DNA of 64,000 bases, from the NCBI GenBank assembly GCA_963749075.1, contig CAVVLJ010000016.1, forward strand, positions 1,280,001-1,344,000, read 5' to 3'. A program made the translations under genes and the position numbers. The stretch is from an uncultured Pseudomonadota bacterium. Its GTDB lineage: Bacteria > Pseudomonadota > Alphaproteobacteria > JACZXZ01. The notes under the pieces are model-generated. The model did no database searches and had not been told where the DNA came from. It saw only the letters and a program-made list of their open reading frames with translations. Positions 30,330 through 39,098 of this stretch are shown here, piece after piece. Numbering within the stretch: position 1 is the first letter of the stretch; the number at the start of each line of letters is the position of its first letter.

Positions 30330-30830
30330 CTATGGCTGCAGCATGATCATCTCGACGATGATGGAGCCCGCCACGATCATCCAGGAGAGCAGCGAGAGCT
30401 TGGAGAGCACCATGACCGCGCGGGCGCCGCGGTAGTTCGCGGCCGCCGCCCAGGCGGTGCGCCAGCCGAGCAGGAAGTCGATCATGCCGGCCTCGAGCGC
30501 CTTGACCCGCTCGGCATCGTCGCGGTTGCGCGCGAGCATGCGCTCGATGCGATTGGCGAGCGACAGCCGCACCAGCGCCGCCATCCAGATGGCCGCGGTC
30601 GAGACGAAGAGCGGGATGGTGCCCCGGAGCGTGATCGTCTGGTCGACGACGATGGTGACGCCGAGGATCCAGAAGGCAAGGCCCATGCCGATGAGGAACG
30701 TCGCGGTATCGCGGAAGAACTTCGCGGTGACCCGCACCCCGCTCGTGAGCACCGCAAGGTGCAGCTTGATCTCCTGGAGATCGGCCAGGAGCGCGCTCGG
30801 CCCCGGCTCGACGGGAGGCACATCAGCCAT
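30330..30830 (-). CDS. Hypothetical integral membrane protein (about 3 TM)
   Basis: 166-aa ORF with hydrophobic segments filling the gap between the efflux genes. Confidence 0.55.
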   Translation of the reverse strand: MADVPPVEPGPSALLADLQEIKLHLAVLTSGVRVTAKFFRDTATFLIGMGLAFWILGVTIVVDQTITLRGTIPLFVSTAAIWMAALVRLSLANRIERMLARNRDDAERVKALEAGMIDFLLGWRTAWAAAANYRGARAVMVLSKLSLLSWMIVAGSIIVEMIMLQP

Positions 30831-30964
30831 GATATGATTTTATCACAGCACCGTGATCGGCCCCGCATAGTCTTTATCGTATCATGCCGCACCGCAGCGC
30901 AGGGGAGCCCTATGACCGCCGTAATAGGTGGAGCCCAAAGACTTCAGGTCCTTAGCCGGCCGGT

Positions 30965-32128
30965 ATGAGGAAGCTGAGCAGCATCGGAACGGGCCGGGCG
31001 CTGGCGCTCGGCGCGGCGGCGCTCGTGGCGGCGCTGGCCGGCTGGTACCTTGTCGAGCGCTCCGTGCGCGCCCGCGCGGCGTTGCCCGCCCTGGCCGACC
31101 CGGCGATCCCCGTGGTGGCGGGCACCGCCGAGACGCGGGACATGCCCGTCTACGTCCGCGGCATCGGCACCGTTCAGGCCTTCAACACCGTGACCGTCCG
31201 CACCCAGGTCGACGGTCGCATCGTCCGCGTGCTCTTCAGCGAAGGCCAGGAGGTCAAGGTGGGCGACCCGCTCTTTCAGATCGACCCGCGGCCGTTCCAG
31301 GCCGCCCTCGATCAGGCCGAGGCCGCCAAGCAGCGCGACCAGGCGCAGCTCCAGGGGGCCCAGCTCGACCTCGAGCGCTACGCCAAGCTGCTCACGACCG
31401 GCTTCCAGACCCGCCAGAGCTACGACGACCAGAAGGCGCTGGTCGGTCAGCTGCAGGGGGCGATCAAGGTGGACCAGGCGCAGATCGACACCGCCAAGCT
31501 CAACTTGGTCTATGCCGACATCCGTGCGCCCATCGACGGCCGCACCGGCGCGCGGCTCGTCGACCTCGGCAATTACGTGCAGGCGAGCCAGGGCACGGCA
31601 CTCGTCACCATCGCGCAGTTGAGGCCGATCTTCGTGAGCTTCACCGTGCCCCAGGACTCGCTCGACCAGATCCGCCGGAACCAGGCCAAAGGCGCGCTCG
31701 CGGTGGCGGCCTACGGGAGCGACGACAGGAGCGAGCTTTCGCAGGGCAAGCTCACCCTCATCGACAACCAGATCGACGTGACGACCGGCACGATCCATCT
31801 CAAGGCGACGTTCGACAACAGCGACGAGCGCCTGTGGCCCGGCGAGTTCCTGAGCGCGCGCCTGATCCTCTCGGTGCGCAAGGGCGCCGTCGTCGTGCCG
31901 GCGGAGACGGTGATGCAGGGTGCCTCCGGATCCTACGTTTACGTGATCAAGGCGGACGACAGCGTGGAGCGCCGCGACGTCGAGGTGGCCGCCGTCCAGG
32001 ACGGCCTGGCCGTCGTGGCGAAGGGCATTGCGGCGGGCGAGACGGTCGTCGTCGACGGCCAGTACCGCCTCACCAACGGGGCGAAGGTCAAGATCGACAA
32101 GCCGCAGAAGAGCGCCGCGGCGGGCTGA
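30965..32128 (+). CDS. RND efflux periplasmic adaptor (MdtA-like)
   Basis: GIGTVQAFNTVTVRTQVDG, QIDPRPF, IRAPIDGRTG, IDNQID, LWPGEF. Confidence 0.92.
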   Translation: MRKLSSIGTGRALALGAAALVAALAGWYLVERSVRARAALPALADPAIPVVAGTAETRDMPVYVRGIGTVQAFNTVTVRTQVDGRIVRVLFSEGQEVKVGDPLFQIDPRPFQAALDQAEAAKQRDQAQLQGAQLDLERYAKLLTTGFQTRQSYDDQKALVGQLQGAIKVDQAQIDTAKLNLVYADIRAPIDGRTGARLVDLGNYVQASQGTALVTIAQLRPIFVSFTVPQDSLDQIRRNQAKGALAVAAYGSDDRSELSQGKLTLIDNQIDVTTGTIHLKATFDNSDERLWPGEFLSARLILSVRKGAVVVPAETVMQGASGSYVYVIKADDSVERRDVEVAAVQDGLAVVAKGIAAGETVVVDGQYRLTNGAKVKIDKPQKSAAAG

Positions 32129-32179
32129 GCATGCGGCAACCATAGACATGCGAAGGCGTGGGGCACGGTCCGTCCGGCC

Positions 32180-35100
32180 ATGAGCATTTCAGAAATCTTC
32201 ATCCGCCGGCCGATCGCCACCTCGCTCCTCATGATGGGCGTGCTGGTCTTCGGTGCGGCGACCTACGGCCTGCTGCCGGTGGCGGCGCTGCCGACGGTCG
32301 ACTTCCCGACCATCTCGGTCTCGGCGCAGCTGCCGGGCGCCAGCCCCGAGACCATGGCCTCCTCGGTCGCGACCCCGCTCGAGCAGCAGTTCGCGGCGAT
32401 CCCGGGCCTGACCCAGATGACCTCGACGAGCGGCCTCGGCGCCACCACCATCACGCTGCAGTTCGAGCTCAGCCGGAACATCGACGGCGCCGCGGAGGAC
32501 GTGCAGACCGCGATCAACGCGGCGAGCGGGCTGCTGCCCAAGGACCTGCCCAACCCGCCAACCTACAAGAAGACGAACCCCTCGGACCGCGCGGTCCTCA
32601 TCTACGCCGTCTATTCCGATGCGCTGCCCATCTACAAGGTCGACGACTACGCCTACACCATCCTCGCGCAGAAGCTCTCGACGGTGAGCGGCGTCTCGCA
32701 GGTCATCGTGGCCGGCCAGCAGCAATATGCCGCGCACATCCAGGTCAATCCCGCGGAGCTCGCCGCGCACGGCATCAGCCTCGAGGACGTCCACACGGCG
32801 CTCGCCAACGCGACCCTCGACGAGCCCAAGGGCAACCTCGAGGGCGCGCGCCAGACCTTCACGCTCGACACCAACGACCAGCTCTTCACCGGCAGCGCCT
32901 ACCGCGACGTGATCATCGCCTACCGCAATGGTGCTCCGGTGCGCCTCAGGGACATCGGCAAGATCATCGATTCGAGCACGCAGCCGAGGACCGGAGCCTG
33001 GTACGACACGAGGCGCGCCGAGCTCCTCCTCATCCAGCGCCAGGCGGGCGCCAACACGATCGCCGTCGTCGACCAGATCAAGGCGCTGATGCCGCGCCTG
33101 CGCGCCTCGATCCCGCCCACGGTCAAGGTCGACCTGGTGGCCGACCGCAGCCTCACCATCCGCTCCTCGGTGCGCGACGTGCAGTTCACCCTCATGCTCA
33201 CCGTCGGCCTCGTGGTCATGGTGATCTTCGTCTTCCTGCGGAGCCTGTGGGCGACCATCATCCCGGCCGTCGCCGTGCCGCTCTCCCTCGTCGGCACCTT
33301 CGGCGTCATGTACATGCTCGGCTACAGCCTCGACAATCTCTCGCTCATGGCGCTCACCATCGCCGTCGGCTTCGTCGTCGACGACGCCATCGTCATGCTC
33401 GAGAACATCGTGCGCTACATCGAGATGGGGGAGCGCCCCTTCGAGGCGGCGCTCAGGGGTGCCGGGCAGATCGGCTTCACCATCGTGTCGATCACCTTCT
33501 CGCTCATCGCGGTCTTCATCCCGCTCCTCTTCATGGGCGGCATCGTGGGCCGCCTCTTCCGCGAGTTCGCCGTGACGGTGACGGTGGCGGTCGTCGTCTC
33601 GGGCTTCGTCTCGCTCACGCTCACGCCGGTCATGTGCTCGCTCTTTCTCAAGCGCGAGACGGGACACGCCAAGAACCGCCTGAACCGGGCCGCCGAGCGC
33701 TTCTTCGAATGGCTGATCCAGGGCTACGACCGCGGGCTCAATTGGGTCTTCCGCCACCAGCCGACGATGCTGCTCTTGACCCTCGCCCTCATCGCCGTCA
33801 CCGCGGTCCTCTATATCTGGATCCCCAAGGGCTTCTTTCCCGAGCAGGATACCGGCTTCATCTTCGGGCAGGCCGAGGCGCGCCAGGACACCTCCTTCGC
33901 CGCGATGTCGGTGATCGAGCAGCGCTTCGCCAAGATCATCCTCAGCGATCCCGCGGTGCATGCGGTGGTCGGCTTCGCCGGCGCCACCGGGGGCAACCCG
34001 AGCGAGAACACCGCCCGCATGTTCATCCAGCTCAAGCCCTTCGAGGAGAGGAGCGCCTCGGCGCAGCGGGTCATCCAGCGCCTGCGCCCGAAGGTCGCCC
34101 AGGTGCCGGGCGCCTTCTTCTTCATGCAGGCCGGGCAGGACATCAGCATCGGCGGCCGGCTCTCCAAGACGGAATACCAGTACACCCTGACCGACACCGA
34201 CACGGAGGAGCTAAATCACTGGGCGCCGATCATCCAGCAGGAAATGGGCAAGCTGCGCGAGGTCCAGGACGTGGGCTCGGACCAGCAGATCTCGGCGCCC
34301 CACATCGCCATCGAGGTCGACCGCGACGCCGCCTCGCGCATGGGCCTAAATCTCTCGCTCATCGACCAGTCGCTCTATGACGCCTTCGGCCAGCGCCAGG
34401 TCGCCACCATCTACACCTCGACCAGCCAGTACAAGGTGATCCTCGAGGTGGAGCCGCAGTTCCAGGACGATGCCACGGCGCTCGCGCGCATCTATTTCCC
34501 CGGGCCGGGCGGGGCACAGGTGCCGCTCAGCGCCTTCGCCCATTTCACCGACAGGGTCGAGCCGCTCACGGTCAACCACCAGGGCCAGTTCCCCTCGGTG
34601 ACGCTCTCCTTCAACCTGGCGCCGGGCTATTCGCTCGGCCAGGCCGTCGACGCCATCCAGGCGATCCAGAGCCGGCTGCGCACGCCCATCACGCTCGACG
34701 GCTCGTTCCAGGGCACGGCGCAGGCCTTCCAATCCTCGCTGTCCTCGACGCCGCTCCTCATCGCCGCGGCCATCTTGGTGGTCTATATCGTGCTCGGCAT
34801 GCTCTATGAGAGCTACATCCACCCCGTCACGATCCTTTCGGCGCTGCCGTCAGCCGGCGTGGGCGCGCTCGTGATGATGATCCTCTTCGGCTACGATCTG
34901 AGCGTCATTTCGCTCATCGGCATCATCCTCCTCATCGGCATCGTCAAGAAGAACGCGATCATGATGATCGACTTCGCGCTCGAGGCCGAGCGCAAGGAGG
35001 GCAAGGGCACCCTCGAGGCGATCCACCAGGCCTGCCTGCTGCGCTTCCGCCCCATCATGATGACGACGATGTCGGCCATCTTCGGCAGCCTGCCGATCGC

Positions 35101-35323
35101 CCTCGGTCAAGGCTCCGGCTCGGAGCTGCGCCGCCCGCTCGGCATCGCCGTCGTGGGCGGCCTCCTGGTCTCCCAGGCTCTGACGCTCTACACGACGCCG
35201 GTCATCTATCTCTATCTCGACCGCGCGGCACTCTGGCTCAGCGGGCGCCGCACGAAGGAGCGCGAGGCGCCGGAGCCTGCCGCGGCGCCCCTGCCCGCTC
35301 CCGGCCGGCACGCCGGCGACTGA
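32180..35323 (+). CDS. RND efflux permease (MdtB/MdtC-like)
   Basis: FIRRPIATSLL, LPVAALPTVDFPTI, GFVVDDAIVMLEN, GIVKKNAIMMIDFA, RFRPIMMTT. Confidence 0.95.
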   Translation: MSISEIFIRRPIATSLLMMGVLVFGAATYGLLPVAALPTVDFPTISVSAQLPGASPETMASSVATPLEQQFAAIPGLTQMTSTSGLGATTITLQFELSRNIDGAAEDVQTAINAASGLLPKDLPNPPTYKKTNPSDRAVLIYAVYSDALPIYKVDDYAYTILAQKLSTVSGVSQVIVAGQQQYAAHIQVNPAELAAHGISLEDVHTALANATLDEPKGNLEGARQTFTLDTNDQLFTGSAYRDVIIAYRNGAPVRLRDIGKIIDSSTQPRTGAWYDTRRAELLLIQRQAGANTIAVVDQIKALMPRLRASIPPTVKVDLVADRSLTIRSSVRDVQFTLMLTVGLVVMVIFVFLRSLWATIIPAVAVPLSLVGTFGVMYMLGYSLDNLSLMALTIAVGFVVDDAIVMLENIVRYIEMGERPFEAALRGAGQIGFTIVSITFSLIAVFIPLLFMGGIVGRLFREFAVTVTVAVVVSGFVSLTLTPVMCSLFLKRETGHAKNRLNRAAERFFEWLIQGYDRGLNWVFRHQPTMLLLTLALIAVTAVLYIWIPKGFFPEQDTGFIFGQAEARQDTSFAAMSVIEQRFAKIILSDPAVHAVVGFAGATGGNPSENTARMFIQLKPFEERSASAQRVIQRLRPKVAQVPGAFFFMQAGQDISIGGRLSKTEYQYTLTDTDTEELNHWAPIIQQEMGKLREVQDVGSDQQISAPHIAIEVDRDAASRMGLNLSLIDQSLYDAFGQRQVATIYTSTSQYKVILEVEPQFQDDATALARIYFPGPGGAQVPLSAFAHFTDRVEPLTVNHQGQFPSVTLSFNLAPGYSLGQAVDAIQAIQSRLRTPITLDGSFQGTAQAFQSSLSSTPLLIAAAILVVYIVLGMLYESYIHPVTILSALPSAGVGALVMMILFGYDLSVISLIGIILLIGIVKKNAIMMIDFALEAERKEGKGTLEAIHQACLLRFRPIMMTTMSAIFGSLPIALGQGSGSELRRPLGIAVVGGLLVSQALTLYTTPVIYLYLDRAALWLSGRRTKEREAPEPAAAPLPAPGRHAGD

Positions 35324-35379
35324 GGCAGGTGGCGTCGCTCCGCATCCCCGAACGGCTTTGACGCGGGCCCGCGACAACC

Positions 35380-35580
35380 ATGGCATCGCCCAACGAGCAA
35401 GACCCGGACGAGGACGAGGCACAGAGGACGACGGCGCGGCTCGCGGGGCTGGCGCTGATCCTGCTCTTGGCCGTGATCGGCCTCTACCTGGCGCAGAAGC
35501 TGCGCACGGAATCGAACCTCGAGGATTGCCTCATGTCCGGACGCTCGAACTGCGCGCCCGTCGTGCCGCCGAGCCGCTAA
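35380..35580 (+). CDS. Small single-TM protein ending EDCLMSGRSNC
   Basis: Acidic N-terminus, one TM helix, Cys pair; resembles a conserved small alphaproteobacterial protein. Confidence 0.6.
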   Translation: MASPNEQDPDEDEAQRTTARLAGLALILLLAVIGLYLAQKLRTESNLEDCLMSGRSNCAPVVPPSR

Positions 35581-35650
35581 GCCGGCGCTGCCCGGCCCGC
35601 GCGGCGCCGACGGCCAAAGACGCGGCGCGAATGCCGTCGGACGCGCCGTC

Positions 35651-36488
35651 TCACCAGTTGAAGACGTAGAACGCCGAGGCCCCGATCTCGATCGTATGGT
35701 TGCCCGGCTCTTGGCCGAAACCGACCGTGGCCCCGTCGAAGATGACCGGCTTGAGGTTCGAGGCGCCGATCCGCCAATAGCGCACGAAGGGCCCGAACTG
35801 AATCTCGCCGATCGAGGTCTTGGCATCCGCCATGAGCGAGGCGCGGAAGCCGGTGCCATGATGCTGGGTATTGTCGATGTCGTTCTGGAAGCCCGGCACG
35901 TCGGTCAGATAGGAATGCTGGTGGCCGTAGAGGAAGAGATCGTATTCCGCGAGCGGCGTGATCGTCCATCCCTGCGCCACCTCGACCGGCACCGTGAAGC
36001 CGAACGGCATGTAATAGTAATTCGAGCTGCGGTCGTAGCCGGAGGCCCCGAGGCTGCTCATCTGCCCGCTCTGGCCGTCATAGAGGTAGCGAAACCCGAA
36101 GCCGAAGTAGGGCACCACTGAGACGGTCGGGCTCGCCTTGAAGTTGGTCTCCACGAGCATGCGGGGCTCGATGTTGTAATTTGTGGCGCCGCTCGCGGTG
36201 CCGGAGCCGGGCGAGCTGTAGTCGAGCGAAGCGGCGGCGGCGGCCAACTCGAGCTTGAACGAGAAGATGTCCTGGGTGACCTTGTAAAAGCCCTGGACAC
36301 CGTAGAAGAAGCCGCTGAGATGCGCGAAACTCGGCTCCGTATAGTGGTAATAGTAGAGTTCCGGCCCGAGCCCCAGAACTCTGCTGCAGCTCGGCGGCTG
36401 CGGCCCGGTTGGAGGCGAGCGGCGAAAGGGCAAGTGCCGCGGCCAGGAGAGTAGCCGCGCGGCAGCCCAGCGATACCCGGCGTTTCAT
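35651..36488 (-). CDS. Outer-membrane beta-barrel protein; apparent +1 frameshift at 36377
   Basis: Signal peptide MKRRVSLGCRAATLLAAALAL in one frame; Tyr/Gly-rich amphipathic strands (YTEP, PYFGFGFRYLYD, GYDRSSNYYYMP, PFVRYW) and terminal FYVFNW in the next frame. Confidence 0.75.
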
Positions 36489-36696
36489 CTCTGCCACCCC
36501 TCAAGGCCCATGCGTGCTCAAGAGAGCACATGAATATAACGGAATTGTTATGGCAACTCGGGCCGCCGCCGCTTCCGCGATCTCCGCAACGTAGCGTTGC
36601 GCTTCTGCCACAACATCGCCTCGTTGGCCCATCGCATCGAGATCACCATGGTTCTGGCGCGCTGGTTTCCCGATTATGTCGAACAGGCGGGCCGGC

Positions 36697-39015
36697 TCAG
36701 GGCAGTGCTCTCCCGGTGATCGGCTTGGCGAGGTCGCGCACGCGGTCGAGGCCGAACTGGCCGAAGAAACCCCAGAGAAAAGCCGAGAAGAAATCGCCGA
36801 AGGTGCCGAGCCAGGTGCCGATGAAGATCTCATATCCGGCGAAGGTGGTGAGAAGCGCGCTTGCGATCCCGATCCAGAGGTTCACCCGGCCGGCCGCCGC
36901 AGCAATTGCCGCGTAATCGGGCGTCGCGGTCACCTCCCCCGCGTAGGCCCCCGCGCTGATCGGGGCGTCGTTTCCGAACTGGACGGAAACAGTGAGGAAG
37001 CCTGGGCGGCGCGGCGTGACATTGGCGCCGGTCGCCTCGCCATCGGCGATGACTGCCGCGCCCTGCGGATCGCAACTCCACTGGGGCGCCGCCCCGGGAG
37101 GCGCGCCGTTCGCCCAGTCCAAGCGGGCCCGCGCTCGCCGGTTCACCATGAGATCGGGCGGCAGATCGAGGCGCGGCGGCACCTGCGCCGCCCCAGGCGC
37201 GCCAAGATCCGTCACGGCTCGCTGCAATGGCGCAAGCTGCAGCGCGGCGTGCGCGGCCGCGGCTACTGCCGCGCCGGGTTGAAGGAGCGCGGCAACGGCA
37301 GCGGGAAAGTCGCCTGCGGCGAGGACGGCGTCGAGCGCCCCGTTGGCGGGGTCCGCGATGCGGAACTCGGCCTCGACGCCGCGGCGGATGGCGGCAAGCG
37401 CCTGCAGCCTCGCGATAGGATCCGGCTCATCTGCCCCGCCGCGCATCGAATTGTCGGCCGCGGCCGAGAGTGCCTCGATCAGGCGCGCGTAATTGACTTG
37501 GGCGGGGCGCAGCGCGGCGGCAGCGGCGCGGAATTGCTCGGCCATGGCGGGAGGTGCGCTCAACGCGACCCAGCCTCGCAGCCGGCGCGCCACGTCATCG
37601 GCCTGCTGGACGAGCTGGCCGGGGTCGGCGAGCGGAAACGCGGTCCGCAGGGCATCTGCCAGCGCGCGCCTGGTCTGCTCCGGCTCGCGCGCGGGATTTG
37701 CCCACGGCCCCAGCGCGTCAAGGGCGCCTCCGACCTCGCGGAGCCACGGCTGGAGGGCCTCGGGAACGTCGCGCGGCAGCGTCTGCTCGAAAGCGGCGAG
37801 ACGGCGCTGCGCCTCCTCCACGTCGCCCCCGGAGCCCAAGCGGTCGATCCGGTCCAGCATCGCGGTCAGCACCGTCAGCCGGTGGGCGATCGCGGCGTCC
37901 GGCGGCAGATGGTTCGGCGCCACCACCCCGCGCACGCGCGCCAGGCTCTGGGCGAATTCCTTTGCCGCGTCGACCGCTCGCGTTTCGATGGCGGTCGCCC
38001 GCGTCTGGGCGTCGGTTACCGCGGCCTGCATCGCCTCGGGCGTCGTGGCATCGCGGATGCTCGCCTCCACCGCCGCGGCGAGGCCGATGAGCCGCTGTTG
38101 CACCGCCGGATCCTTCTGCGGCGCAGCGCGCTTGGCAATCGCGCCCACGGCGCGCAGACCCTCAAGCAGCGCGGCGCTCAGCGCCGCGCGCTTTGCCAGC
38201 CGGACGTTGAAGAACCAGCCCAGCGCAATGCCGAGCGCCACCGCGACCATGAGGAAATACCCGGCCACGCGCACCTTGAGGGTGACGTCGATGCTCCGGT
38301 TCTCCTTGAGCATGGCCTCGTGCAGGATGAGCGTCCCGGTATATGAGCCGGCGGCGGGCACTTGCGACAAGGCGAGCTTGAGCTCCGCCCGGCCGCCGGC
38401 GGCGATCGCGAGCGGCGTCGATAGGGGATCGAGCACGATGCCGGCGTACTCGCCCGACGCCGCCTTCAGTGCGCTGCCCGTGACGGCGATCTCCTTGAGG
38501 TCGGCGACGTGGGATGTCTCGTGCAGCGGAATCGACAGCGCGTCCGTCGCGGCGTGAAAACCGAAGGGCAAGGTTTCCAAGGCCAACGTCACGCTTGCCG
38601 GCGCGTCGAGCACGGGCGTGCCGGCGCGCACGATGGCGATGGCGATCCCCGCGGCACTCGGCGGCGTGCCCTCGAAACTGACGGCAAGCGGCACCTCGTA
38701 ACTGCCCGGGTCCGGGCAGCCGTTCGTAAGCGTGCCGGTCGCTTGGTACTCGCCGATGCTCTGGTCCGACGAGACGGGCTTCGTCCAGGCGATCGACCAA
38801 GCGGCCGCCGCCGCCGCCGGACCCTTGCTCCTGATGTCCTTGGTGCGCACGGCCAAGGGTGCCGTGTCGGCGGTAAAGCGCAGAACGATGCTGGCGTTGT
38901 CGCACTCGGCGATGACAAATGTCCGCTGCCCCGACACCGCGGTTGCCGCCTCGGCGGAGGCGAGCGTCGGCGCGGCGAGGAGGAGGGCGAGGAGACAGCG
39001 CTGAGCTAGACGCAT
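36697..39015 (-). CDS. Large hypothetical membrane protein (signal peptide, beta-rich periplasmic part, TM, long helical region, C-terminal TMs)
   Basis: 772 aa; MRLAQRCLLALLLAAPTLASA; TM GYFLMVAVALGIALGWFF; C-terminal GTFGDFFSAFLWGFFGQFG. Confidence 0.7.
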   Translation of the reverse strand: MRLAQRCLLALLLAAPTLASAEAATAVSGQRTFVIAECDNASIVLRFTADTAPLAVRTKDIRSKGPAAAAAAWSIAWTKPVSSDQSIGEYQATGTLTNGCPDPGSYEVPLAVSFEGTPPSAAGIAIAIVRAGTPVLDAPASVTLALETLPFGFHAATDALSIPLHETSHVADLKEIAVTGSALKAASGEYAGIVLDPLSTPLAIAAGGRAELKLALSQVPAAGSYTGTLILHEAMLKENRSIDVTLKVRVAGYFLMVAVALGIALGWFFNVRLAKRAALSAALLEGLRAVGAIAKRAAPQKDPAVQQRLIGLAAAVEASIRDATTPEAMQAAVTDAQTRATAIETRAVDAAKEFAQSLARVRGVVAPNHLPPDAAIAHRLTVLTAMLDRIDRLGSGGDVEEAQRRLAAFEQTLPRDVPEALQPWLREVGGALDALGPWANPAREPEQTRRALADALRTAFPLADPGQLVQQADDVARRLRGWVALSAPPAMAEQFRAAAAALRPAQVNYARLIEALSAAADNSMRGGADEPDPIARLQALAAIRRGVEAEFRIADPANGALDAVLAAGDFPAAVAALLQPGAAVAAAAHAALQLAPLQRAVTDLGAPGAAQVPPRLDLPPDLMVNRRARARLDWANGAPPGAAPQWSCDPQGAAVIADGEATGANVTPRRPGFLTVSVQFGNDAPISAGAYAGEVTATPDYAAIAAAAGRVNLWIGIASALLTTFAGYEIFIGTWLGTFGDFFSAFLWGFFGQFGLDRVRDLAKPITGRALP

Positions 39016-39098
39016 GGTGTCGACGTGCTCATCGCCGCGGGCAGCGTGGAGGGAAGAGACATGCTAAGGCAAAAGCATTTTGCTCCCCGCTTGCGCCA

